Below are positions 1-11,629 of a stretch of DNA of 64,000 nt, piece by piece. Both the position numbers and the translations under genes were made by a program. Source of the DNA: Octopus sinensis (taxonomy: Eukaryota). The stretch is taken from contig NC_043017.1 in NCBI RefSeq assembly GCF_006345805.1, positions 13,516,001 to 13,580,000 on the forward strand, in the 5' to 3' direction. Within the stretch, counting starts at the first letter, position 1. Each line of letters opens with the position of its first letter. The notes beneath the pieces were generated by a model. That model was not told where the DNA came from and ran no database searches. It was given only the letters and a program-made list of their open reading frames with translations.

Positions 1-880
1 GTTGGAATTTGAACTCAGAACACGAAGACAGACGAAATGCCGCTAAGCATTTTGTCTGGCTTGCTAATGATGCTCCCAGCTCGTCACCTTAAATAATAAT
101 AATAATAATGATGATGATGATGATAATGATATGAGCGCAAGGCTTATTTGACAGGTACTGTATTTCATGAATCAGGGAAGGTTGAAGGGCAAAGTTGACC
201 TTGGCAGGATTTGAACTTAGAATGCAAAGGAATTTGTACAACACTCTTTCTGCCAGTTTACCACCACTCTAATAATAACTATGATAATAATCCTTTCTAC
301 TATAGGCACAAGGCCTGAAATTGGAGGAGAGGACTTAGTCAATTACATTGACCCCAGTGCATAACTGGTACTTATTTCATTGACTCCGAAAAGATGAAAA
401 GTCGACCTCAGCAGAATTTGAACTCAGAACATAGCAGTCGGCGAAATACCACCAAGCATTTTGTCCAGCGTGCTAATGATTCTGCCAGCTTGCTGCCTTA
501 ACTATAATAACTATAATAATAATAATATTGAAGGTTTCAGATCTTGGCACAAGGCCAGCAATTTCGAAGGAGCAGATAAGTCTATCACATTGATCCCAGT
601 ACTCAACTGGTACTTATTTGATCAACCCCTAAAGGATGAAAGGAAAAGCCAACCATGGTAGAATTTGAACACAGAATGTAAAGGCAGATGAAACACCACT
701 AAGCATTTTGCCTTGTGAACTAATAACTCTGCCAGCTCGCCACCTTAATAATAATAATAATAATAATAATAATAGTAATAATAATAGTAATAGTAGTTTA
801 TAACTTAGGCACGAGGCTAGCAATTTTAAGAAGATTAGGGTTAATCAATAAGTACCAGCAGAAATACTTGACTGGTACAT
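1..880 (-). mobile_element. Cluster of 4-5 partial SINE-C copies separated by (AAT)n tails
   Basis: Repeated reverse complement of the GAGTTCAAATTCC B-box-like head and the gcctttcatcctttcggggtcgataaa..gtaccag core at about 1-90, 130-270, 290-505, 530-745 and 803-880, each next to (AAT)n. Confidence 0.7.
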
Positions 881-1493
881 TTTGGTAGTTACCACAGAAA
901 TTTAACTTTTTTTTATTTTACTTTATATTTCTAAAAAAACTACTAGCAAAACTATACCATAACTAAGTGCTGTTTGTGTTTTAGTTCCCAACCAACCCAT
1001 AAAATTGTACAAATAATGTAATAATTTTTATGTATTTTGACAAAATTTTGCAAAGTTACCTCATAGCAGACTGGAATTTTAAAACTGAAACTACTGAGCA
1101 TCTGCCTGTAGTACTAGTAGTAGTACAAGTTTGGGTAAACTGATGCAAATGTGATAAGTTTCAAAACAAAAATGTTGACAATTGTATTTACTAGAAATTC
1201 TAGTTGTCAAAGTAAGCGTAGAAGTGGGGAAAGAGAGAGAGAAAGAAGTGACATTTCTGAATATAAATAAAAATAAACTATCAGCATATCTATTGTATAA
1301 ACATTCTTACAGTTATTTATACAAGCTTGGATTTTTCTTTTTCTTTTTTTTGTGGTGGTGAGAAAAAGAAAAGGAGAAAATGAAACAGGACAGACAACGG
1401 CCAGACCAGACCAGGCCAGGCCAGGCCAGGCTGGTCTACATCAGCGTATAGTGCAGCCAGAGACCAGACATAATTATTAGTGAAAGAACTTAC

Positions 1494-2075
1494 CTTAAAA
1501 ACAGAGAAACAATTAAGGGAGCTAGCAGAGTAGGTAGGTCACGAGAGGAAGATGTGCAGAAGAAGCCTTAAACCAGTCTTCAGTTGCTTCACACTTATAT
1601 CTAGGAGGAGGAAGAAGGCAAGGAAAAGCTGGGGTGTGGAATATTTGGTAGCAGGAGCTGCAGTGGTGGTGGTGGTGGTGGTGGTGTTGGTTGGTGGTGG
1701 TGTTGGTCGCAGATAAAACGAAGTGGAGGAAAGTAGGAGGGAGAGCCAGTGATATAAAGATAGAAGAGAAATAGACAGAAGGGAAGAGACAGAGAGAGAA
1801 AAAGCAAGAGAGAAGAGTAAGAGACAGGGGCAGAGAGAAAAGTGAAAGAGAAGCAAAAGAGAGGGAGAGAGAGAGAGAGAAAACAGGCAGACAGACGGAC
1901 ACAGAGTGGGAGAAGAATGCGAGAAAGTTGTGTGTTGACTTTTTAGAGAAGACTGAGCCGGGTGCAAAACACAAGTAAAAAGGTTAGAAGAGGAGAGGGA
2001 GAGTTTACATATTGCTCAGGTGGCTTAGTTTACTAGTTTACTACACAGTACTGTGGTTCATTACACAGTACTGCT
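1494..2075 (-). other. Possible non-coding (5'UTR/first) exon ending in a consensus splice donor
   Basis: AAG|GTAAGT donor at 1494/1493 on the minus strand; CT-rich unique sequence; (GA)n tract just upstream; no credible ORF; 5' boundary is a guess. Confidence 0.25.
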
Positions 2076-2076
2076 G

Positions 2077-2078
<2 letters not shown>

Positions 2079-2158
<80 letters not shown>
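2079..2158. repeat. (TC)n microsatellite
   Basis: About 40 TC units. Confidence 0.95.
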
Positions 2159-2194
2159 CCTGAACAGATGAGTGTGTGTGTTTGCATGTATGCA

Positions 2195-3093
2195 ATCATC
2201 ATCATTCATCATTGTTCGACCGTGGTCGAGACAATGGAATTTACCATGTTGCGCCAGACTTCACGGTCCATCATAGCATTACGGAGGTCCTGTGCTGGAT
2301 GCCCTGTATCCCTGGAGATTACATCATAGTAGGAGAGTGTGCGCCCTCTGGTGTTGCGAGTAGATGGCTCCAGAGGGAAGAGTAGAAATTACTTCTTCTT
2401 TCAGCTCTACAACAATGTCCAGCAAACTGGACTCTCCTACCTTTCACAAGAGATGACACAGGTGGTAATTTCCCATATATTTGCATTTTAGTTGGATGGC
2501 GCCTCCACGAGAGATTTTGAGCTCTCATAAGGAGGCGAGTGTAGGTTCCATCCAACCGCCTCTCAAGCTTCTTTGATAACGTCCAGGTTTCTGAGCCATA
2601 TAGTAGGATTGGTTCGACTGTGGCTTTGAATATTTCAAGTTTGAAGTCTCTACTTAGATTTGATGACCAGATCTTATGCATGTCATTACAGGCTGACAGG
2701 CCATACCCTTTCTAGTTTAGAAAGTCTTTTCCAGATGATGATATGTATGACCAAGATATTTATAATCAGAAACCATATTTAAAGGTGCACTGTTGAGAGT
2801 GTGGATGATGCAATCACTGTTGGACAGGCACTTTGTTATGTATTCAGTTTTGGTCTCATTGAGGTAAAGACCTACACAATTTGAGGCTTGTTCAAGAGAT
2901 TGTAAGAGAGACTGGGCATTGAGAGGAGAATCACTGAAAAGCGATGTCGTCAGCAAAGTCAGTGTCTGTCAAGTACTCAGCTGGGTGTCTGGAACTTCTT
3001 CTTGGTTTTTTTCAAAGCCCTTGCCAGAGATGGAATCTGCAACCTGACTACGTAGCACATAATCAACACAATGATGAAAAGAAATGGGGCGAT
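2195..3093 (-). mobile_element. RTE-clade LINE, 5'-truncated, RT C-terminal half, frameshifted
   Basis: Reconstructed peptide APFLFIIVL(D)YVLR..PRRSSRHPAEYLTDTDFADDIA..LYLNETKTEY..YKYLG..ILLYGSETWTL..FAGHC..VEQ*; (TGA)n/(ATG)n tail starts at the stop codon. Confidence 0.9.
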
Positions 3094-3095
3094 AT

Positions 3096-3401
3096 GGAGG
3101 CGCAATGGCCCATGGTTAGGGCAAGCGGACTCGTGGTCGTAGGATCGCGTGTTTCGATTCCCATACCGGGCGTTGTGAGTGTTTATTGAGCGAAAACACC
3201 TAAGCTCCACGAGGCTCCGGCAGGGGGTGGTGGCGATCCTGCTGTACTCTTTCGCCACAACTTTCTCACACTCTTTCTTCTGTTGGCCTGCTCGCTTAGC
3301 CAGCGGGGGTGGCGTCATTTGAAGGCTAAAACAATTGCGAGCCATTGTGACCAGCGGTGTGTAGCAACATCTGATACCCTGGTCGGTCCACGGTGATCAC
3401 G

Positions 3402-3406
<5 letters not shown>
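3096..3406 (+). mobile_element. SINE-A (tRNA-like head)
   Basis: A-box-like TGGCCCATGG and B-box-like GTTTCGATTCC; homologous copies at 15070, 26870 and 29651. Confidence 0.85.
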
Positions 3407-3439
<33 letters not shown>

Positions 3440-4017
3440 ACACACACACATTTGTATGTATGTATATTCAACATTTTCTTAAAGAGCTAAAAACATTCTC
3501 AAAAGTGTTAAACCACTGAAAAGCGGAGGGAGTACAACAGTAGAGTACAGAGGAAAAGCAATCCTCAAAATACAAAACAGCAACAACAAAAAGCAACAAA
3601 AACAAGCAGAAAAATAAAAGACAAATACAACTAAAACCATAATACATATTTTATATATTTTCTAATTATTTTCATTCTCATAAAATACTAATTAATTATA
3701 GTAAACGAATGCAGAACAGCATACCAGCATACATACAAACATACATATTTTATGAGGTGAGATTTCTGCAGTAAATCCTGTATTGATGCTAACCACATCT
3801 GATGATATTTGATTACAATCACAAAAGAATCAACAAAACTCACCAAATGCAACACAAAGTAGAGAACAGAGAGAAACAAAAACAAAAAGAACAGCCTACT
3901 TCCTGGAGTATCAGTAACATGTACACTGGATCTGTAAGCTTTGTTTTACAGCCGGGTGTATAGACATATGTTTGCAAGAGTGTGTGTACGTATGTTATGT
4001 GTGTGTGTGTGTGTGTG

Positions 4018-4071
<54 letters not shown>

Positions 4072-4444
4072 GCAAGTGCATATTATATATATAATATATA
4101 TTATATATATCTATATATATAATATATTATATATATATATACACACACATACACACATGAATTCTAAATTCTTATGATGTCAGCATTTTAGATAGATAGA
4201 TAGACAGACAGTTAGCTAGCTAGCGAGATGGATGGATGGATGGTAGATAGATAGAAAGATGGATGGATAGATAGATAGATAGATAGATAGATAGACAGAT
4301 TCATACATACACATATAAGCATACATCTATATATACTCATATATACATACACACACACACATATATGCATACATATATACATATACACAATTACATCTAC
4401 ATATGTTTCTATTTATCAATCAATCAATATATATATATACATAT

Positions 4445-5181
4445 AATTAAAAATGAGGGTGTCTAAAAGACACCAACATGCCGAAATAGCAGTCGAAATT
4501 CTGACTATAAAACCACGTTAAATGTTCATATCGCACCATGAGGTAAAGCGGAGGGACAAAACATACAAGCAAAAATTATTGAAAAATTCAAGATCCATTT
4601 TTAATTGTTAAAAAATTTTTTACCTTTGTAAGGTATTTTTTTCATGCTGGCCACTTGATAATTTGATACTTAAATATCGATATTATCCTCATATATAAAC
4701 TTATATAATTCGTTATTATATTCACTGCGGTGCTTATTTTAACCATATCGTATTTATGCGCTGATTTGGCGGGCAATTAACTGGCTGTGTCCATACGTGC
4801 ATAGTGTATGTATGTGCGACGCTCATATATGTAGTATATCGTTTGCTGTGCTATATATATCTGTATTTATGTACCCTTGATATATTCAATTGATGACGGT
4901 AAAGCTTATTTAAAGCAGAACCAGAAATCCTTGGATCTTGAATTTTTCAATAATTTTGCTTGTATGTTTTGTCCCCCCGCTTTACCTCATGGTGCGATAT
5001 GAACATTTAACGTGGTTTTATAGTCAGAATTTCGACTGCTATTTCGGCATGTGGTGTCTTTCAGACACCCTCATTTTTAATTGTTAAAAATTTTTTACCT
5101 TTGTAAGGTATTTTTTTCATGCGGCCACTTGATAATTTGATACTTAAATATCGATATTATCCTCATATATAAACTTATATA
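4445..5181. repeat. Composite A-B-C-A(inverted)-B element between (TA)n tracts; Penelope-like architecture
   Basis: 4445-4596 is the reverse complement of 4933-5082 (about 4 differences); 4597-4707 is a direct repeat of 5073-5181. Confidence 0.85.
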
Positions 5182-5433
5182 TATACATATATATATACAT
5201 ATATATATACAATATATATATATATATATATATATACAATATATATATATATATATAATATACAATATATATAATTATATATATACAATATATATATATA
5301 TATTATATATACAATATATTATATTATATATTATATATACAATATATATATATATATATATATATACAATATATATATATATATATACAATATTATATAT
5401 ATATATATACACTATATATATATATAATATATA

Positions 5434-5472
<39 letters not shown>
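5178..5472. repeat. Interrupted (TA)n microsatellite
   Basis: About 295 nt of TA with periodic CAA interruptions. Confidence 0.95.
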
Positions 5473-5477
<5 letters not shown>

Positions 5478-5519
5478 AAATGAGATAAAGCAATAAATGA
5501 TTGTCTTATCAACTCCATT

Positions 5520-5600
5520 AGCTAACAGCTGTTTCTGCTATGAGATATAGTGGATTCATAGTTGAGTGCCCGAATAACACCACATAGCTTCATCAGAGCC
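5520..5600 (-). ncRNA. Minimal type I hammerhead ribozyme motif
   Basis: GGCU-CUGAUGA-A-GCUAUG..CAUAGC-A-GAAA-C-AGCU-G-UU-AGCU: stem I 4 bp, stem II 6 bp, palindromic helix III, GUU site; 10.1/11.1 is an A.A mismatch. Confidence 0.6.
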
Positions 5601-5853
5601 TTGAACAGGAATGAGAGGAAAGGAAGGCCATCAAGATGGAGCAAAGTTTGTGACGTTACAGCATCTCATTCTCTTATGCTGCCATAATCCTTGCCTTCAG
5701 TTCATCTTTGATGTTACAAGGAGTTTTGTTAGTCTCTCACCCAGCTGCGTCCCACACATAATAATCAGGGGGCTGGCAGTCTGGGTAGTTAGGTGGCCAG
5801 ATGTTAGGGGTAGTGTAGTTTCAGAAATTGTTTGACATATATATATATGCATA

Positions 5854-6250
5854 TACTCTTTACTCTCTTTACTTGTTTCAGTCATTTGACTGTGGCCATG
5901 CTGGAGCACCGCTTTTAGTTGAGCAGATCAACCCTAGGACTTATTCTTTGTAAGCCTAGTACTTATTCTATTGTTCCCTTTTGCTGAACCACTAAGTTAC
6001 GGGGATCTAAACGCACCAGCATCGGTTGTCAAGCGATGTTGGAGGGGGGGACAAACAGATACACACACATACATATATATATACATATACGACAGGCTTC
6101 TTTCAGTTTCCATCTACCAAATCCACTCACAAGGCTTTGGTCAGCCCGAGGCTATAGTAGAAGACACTTGCCCAAGCTGCCACACAGTGGGAGTGAACCC
6201 AGAACCATGTGGTTGGTAAGCAAGCTACTTACACACAGCCACTCCTGCGC

Positions 6251-6251
<1 letters not shown>
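5854..6251 (-). mobile_element. SINE-B, full length (tRNA-like head, CORE-like block, internal microsatellite, AAAGAGT tail)
   Basis: Matches near-identical copies at 27446, 28853, 33497 and 53484. Confidence 0.9.
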
Positions 6252-6299
<48 letters not shown>

Positions 6300-6329
6300 T
6301 ATATGTGTGTGTGTGTGTGTGCATGGGCA

Positions 6330-6670
6330 ATAAACTGTACTTGCAAAGACCTGTTGAGTCAAGTGACGTCATTGTCATGGCCATTGCCAGTGCCGCCTGA
6401 GTGTCTCCTGTGTCAGTGGCATGTAAGAAGTACCAATCAAGTGTGGTCGATGCTAGTATAGCCTGACTGGCCCTTGTGCCGGTAGTATGTAAAATGCACC
6501 CACTACACACTTGGAGTCATTGGCGTTAGGAAGGGCATCCAGCTGTAGAAATCTTGCCAGATCAGATTGGAGCCCGGTAAAGCTTTCTGGCTCGCCAGTC
6601 CTCAGTCAAACTCTGCAACCCATGCCAGCATGGAAAATGGACGTCAAACGATGATGATGATGATAATGAG
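6330..6670 (+). mobile_element. Repeat D (RTE 3'UTR-derived) with (GAT)n tail
   Basis: gagtggttggcgttaggaagggcatccagctgtagaaa..catgccagcatggaaa..gacgt..(gat)n consensus. Confidence 0.75.
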
Positions 6671-7348
6671 GATATGCATATATGCTTATATATGCACACA
6701 CACATACATATATATATATACATGTATGTGTGTATGTATATAAATGTGTATGTGTGTGTGTGTAAATGTCCATGTGTATTTAAAGCAAAGCAGGAGTCGG
6801 GATGTAACTAAAAATATAGTTACATCAATAATATATGTAAATATCATAAGGTAATTATCCTAATTGTTACAATTATAATATAAATAAACAAAATTAAGCA
6901 TGATACTTCTATATTTGTATTTCATTCCACATTTTTACCAGTATTTCGATTGCAACCACGCCGGGGTACTCTCTGCAAAGGTTTAGTTGTGCATATCAAC
7001 CTTAAGGTTAAACAATGCTGTCAAGTGATGAAACTGAGAAAGTAAGGGAGTTGATCTATTTGAGACAGACAGTAAGGTAACAGAGTAGGCCAAAAATCAT
7101 GCACCAAAATTAAAACTCAGTATATATAGCACATTTTAAAATCACTTCATAAATGTCAAATGTTTTGGTGTGAGAGTTTTGGCCCACCTGTATATGCTTA
7201 GCCATGAATACTGAAATCTTGTGCAGAGCAAAAGCAGGGTGAAAGATTGTCCTGCTTTGATTAAGATGTGTTAAAAGCATAGCTGGACAAGATCTTGCGT
7301 ATCAATCTCTTTAATAGCACCAGACTATGGTACTTTTGCATATGAGTG

Positions 7349-7388
<40 letters not shown>

Positions 7389-7719
7389 TATATTAAATTA
7401 GAGACAAAACCACTATTATGCAAATCAAACAATGAAAGACTTAAGCCAATACATAAATTAATTTATATAATTTAGATATTATTAAAAAATATAATTAATA
7501 TCCACTACGATCGTTTCCTGTCTTCTGTCATCAAATTTTTGAGTAGCAGACATTCATATATATATATATATATAATCTGTGTATAAATACATGAGTATGT
7601 GGAAGTGTGGTTTGCAGTGTGTGTGTGTGTGTGTATATATATATACCAGCTCTTCATCAATTGACTGATCAATGACTGATCAATGACCAAGCTCAACATC
7701 ATGAGAACATTTGCAAACA

Positions 7720-8240
7720 ACTACTGGCAAATCCTTGAGATTCTTGCTTTTGGCATTGTATTGTGACTGGGGATAAAAAATGAATCTATTTTCATAACTG
7801 TAATAAGAGACATCATTCCAGTTAGGCTTTAGAACCTGTTGTCAAACAAGGGTGGTTTTGTACAAAAGGCCATGTTGTGTGTTAGATGGAATTACAAGGA
7901 TGTGTTGCATTTTGAGCTTGTTCCAGACGGTCATGCTGTGAACTCTAATCTTTATACTTAACAACTGCTGTGAGTGTATGAGGCTTTAAAAATCCACCAC
8001 CACCATTGGCCAATCATAGATGCACACTCCTACAGCATGGCAATGCTTCAGCACACACCGCCAATGTGACCAAGTGCTAACCTGAAGAACTTGAAGAGCT
8101 GGAAAACAGCCTACACTCCAGACCTTGCAACATCAGATTACCACCTTTCCTGAGCCGTAACACATTTCTTGCACAACAATGTGGATGAGATCCAAAACAG
8201 GTGCATGGAGTTTCTTGCCTCTAAGCAAGTCATGGAATTG
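7720..8240 (+). pseudogene. Degenerate mariner transposase
   Basis: IVTGDKKW (7760), MLCVRWNYKDVLHFELVPDGHAVN (7872), LLQHGNASAHTA (8028), YTPDLATSDYHL (8112, a variant of YSPDLAP(S)D); stops and frameshifts present. Confidence 0.85.
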
Positions 8241-8350
8241 GAATATATTTTGATGCATAAATGCTTTTTCAATATAATTTGTTTGAACTTAATAATTAAA
8301 TTAATTGTTAATTAAGGCTTGAAATATAAAAAACATTTTGACTCAACCGG

Positions 8351-8624
8351 ACATACATACATACATACATACATACATACATACATACATACATTCATAC
8401 ATACATACATGCATATATACATGCATACATGCATGCATACATACATGCATACATACATGCATGCATACATGCATGCATACATGCATGCATACATGCATAC
8501 ATACATGCATACATGCATACATACATGCATGCATACATACATGCATGCATACATACATACATACATACATACATGCATACATACATGCATGCATGCATGC
8601 ATGCATACATACATACATACATAC
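8351..8624. repeat. (CATA)/(CATG)n compound microsatellite
   Basis: Tetranucleotide array contiguous with the RTE tail at 8625. Confidence 0.95.
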
Positions 8625-8838
8625 ATCATCATTCATCATTGTTCGACTGTGGTCAAGACAATGGAATTTACCATGCTACACCAGACTTCACAGTCCATCA
8701 TAGCATTACGGAGGTCCTGTTGCTGGATGCCTGTATCCCTGGAGATTACATCAGGGTAGGAGAGTGTGCGCCCTCTGGTATTGCGAGTAGACGGCTTCCA
8801 GAGGAGAAGAGTAGAAATTGCCTCGTTTTCAGCTCTAC
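8625..8838 (-). mobile_element. RTE 3'-terminal fragment, same family as 2195-3093
   Basis: RAENEAISTLLLWKPSTRNTRGRTLSYPDVISRDTG..VEQ* plus the same TGATGAATGATG tail. Confidence 0.9.
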
Positions 8839-9520
8839 TACTACTACTACAACAACAACACATACATACATACATACGTATGTACGTACGTTGTAGCTAG
8901 AGTACCAAGCTCTACAGAATGATGTCAAATTGACCGGCTGATGCTAATATCTCGTCTACTTTACCATGTGCGGTATCCAATGTAAACAACTGGTGTTGCT
9001 GAATATAATCCTGCAGAGGACTGACAAAGAGATGCCAACATCACGTCTGCACCATGTGGCCCTTACAGTAAAGTAATTGATGTTACTTGATAGCATAAAC
9101 AATCATGTGATCCGAACTGACAAATCAAGGCCTACATAGCTAGATGCCATTTAAAAATTCTTTTAAATTCTCCACGCTCCTCCACAAACATCTGATGAGG
9201 CGAATGTTTTCTATGTTTATGAAAGTTTTTGTAATGAGGAGCTGGGTCAAAATGTTATTAAACAAACACACGCACATGTACATATATACATATACACACA
9301 TATATTTGTAAACACACATTTTATATATGTGTTATAAATGAATATACACTCATCGTACACTCTTTCGTAGGTTTATCAGACATTTAAAAAAAAACAAAAA
9401 AAAAAAACAAAACAAACAAAACAAATACAACACAAATACAACACAGTCCACTGCACAATAAACAACAAACCAGATAGAAAAATATTAATAGACAACACAT
9501 TCATACTATATAAAATTCCA

Positions 9521-9886
9521 CGCAGGAGTGGCTGTGTGGTAAGTAGCTTGCTAACCAACCACATGGTTCTGGGTTCAGTCCCACTGCGTGGCATCTTGGG
9601 CAAGTGTCTTCTGCTATAGACGGAAACTGAAAGAAGCCTGTCGTATATATGTATATATATATGTATGTGTGTGTGTGTGTGTGTGTGTTTGTCCCCCTAG
9701 CATTGCTTGACCACTGATGCTGGTGTGTTTACGTCCCCGTCACTTAGCGGTTCGGCAAGAGAGACCGATAGAATAAGTACTGGGCTTACAAAGAATAAGT
9801 CCCGGGGTCGATTTGCTCGACTAAAGGTGGTGCTCCAGCATGGCCGCAGTCAAATGACTGAAACAAGTAAAAGAGTAAAGAGTAAA
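9521..9886 (+). mobile_element. SINE-B with a 38-nt internal deletion
   Basis: ctata|gacggaaac junction at about 9618 removes the sequence between two TAG microhomologies. Confidence 0.9.
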
Positions 9887-10544
9887 AAATAGAAAATTAA
9901 TTACAGAAGTAGTATTTATATCACTATACAAAGCTAAAATAACACATAAATACACACAACATATACACAATATACACACTGGATAAACATGCAGCTGGTG
10001 ACATGCAACACTATCAATTAAATTCTCATGGTAAAAGTCCATATGAACTAAAGCCGTTCGCTATAAAAGACGCAACCAGGAAGTAAACAATTGTTCCTAT
10101 CCTGGTGATGGGGCAAAGACACTCATCATGAGGAAACACTGATGGCAACGTACTTGAGAACTTTAGTGTTCCTAACTACAAGACTCTAAATGGAAAAATG
10201 ATAACACATTCACAAAATAGATTAAACTGGGCATAGTTATATTTAAAATAATAACATAGACACATTTTGTGTGAGTTAGTGTATGTATATGTATGTGTGT
10301 ATATATATATGTGTATGTATGAAATATCTATATGAGTATGTGGTATATATATATATATATATATATGTGTATGTGTGTTTGTGTGTATACACACACAATA
10401 TGTATATATATGTATATATATATATATAGAGAGAGAGATAGAGATAGATAGATAGATAGATAGATGAATACATGTACATACAGATATACATACATACATA
10501 TATCTTTATTACACACCCACACGCGCATAGAAATACAAAGCCAA

Positions 10545-11131
10545 GTGAGACCATAACCCATGGCCTATGCCAGGGGTGTAACCAGACCACTTATGCGTAT
10601 CTTTCCTTCATTGGACACTAAATTATGCTTGCAAAGACCTGTTGAGGCAAGTGAAATTGAAATCAAATTTGATGAGTGGCATCCATGCCAGTGGAGCACT
10701 AAGAGCACCATCCAAGTGTGATCGTTGACAGAGTAGCTGACTGGCTTCTGTGCCAGTGGCACGTAAACAGCACCATTCAAGTGTGATCATTACCAGCATC
10801 GCCTTACCAGCACTTGTGCCAGGGACACGTGAAAAAACATTCGAGTGAGGTCGTTGCCAGTGCCGCTGGAATGGCTCCTGTGCATGTGGCACGTAAAAAA
10901 CACCATTTGAGTGTGGCCAATGCCAGTACCGCCTGACTGGGCTTTGTGCCAGAGGCACGTTTAAGCACCCACTACACTCTCAGAGTGGTTGGCATTAGGA
11001 AGGGCATCCAGCTGTAGAAACTCCGCCAGATCAGATTAGAACCTGGTGCAGCCATCTGGTTCACCAGTCCTCAATCAAATCATCCAACCCATGCTATCAT
11101 GGAAAGCAGACATTAAACGATGATGATGATG

Positions 11132-11132
<1 letters not shown>
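10545..11132 (+). mobile_element. Repeat D with about 5 internal 60-65 nt subrepeats
   Basis: Repeated gccagtg..gcacgtaaaaa.caccatt..gtgtg units, then the D core and (GAT)n. Confidence 0.75.
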
Positions 11133-11162
<30 letters not shown>

Positions 11163-11246
11163 GGTCCCGGGTTGAGTCGGGGTTAACCACAGTAAATAAG
11201 GTACTCAATACATAGCAGAGTAAAGTAATTTATTTTATAGAAGGAG

Positions 11247-11340
11247 CTTCTACAGGACTAGAACTGTTTCATTCAGATGAAATCTTCAGGAAGCTTCCTG
11301 AAGATTTCATCTGAATGAAACAGTTCTAGTCCTGTAGAAG
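11247..11340. repeat. Perfect 94-bp palindrome with no spacer (centre AAG|CTT)
   Basis: 11247-11293 is the exact reverse complement of 11294-11340; symmetry continues imperfectly to about 11229-11360. Confidence 0.97.
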
Positions 11341-11588
11341 GTCCTACTATAAAAAAATAAATATATATATATCTATATATAAAGTATACATACATTTGAA
11401 CATATTTCATTAACTATCACTATATAATATATATATATATATATATATGAATAAATGATAGAATGGAGTCGAACGAAGATGTTAACAAATTCCTTTACTC
11501 TCGACACATGTTTCGAAGACAGCATATTTTCATTCCATGCTAACGATAAACATAGGATAATTCATTCACCTACTTAAATATTCTTATA

Positions 11589-11629
<41 letters not shown>

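Noticed and set aside
1522-1974. Overlapping 142-150 aa minus-strand ORFs
   Set aside because: Low-complexity CT and CAC translations in two frames; more consistent with UTR-like sequence.
3096-3175. tRNA-like sequences at SINE heads (also 15070, 27446, 29651, 43184)
   Set aside because: A/B-box remnants only; no complete cloverleaf; each continues into a SINE body.
7078-7192. Possible tiny Tc1-like MITE (acagagtaggccaaaa / ttttggcccacctgta)
   Set aside because: TIR match is too short and imperfect to support without other copies.
8312-8928. Multiple long ORFs rich in M/Y/V/C/H (also 30205-30535, 39332-40105, 42675-43038, 45505-45936)
   Set aside because: Translations of CATA/TA/CA microsatellites, open in several frames on both strands.
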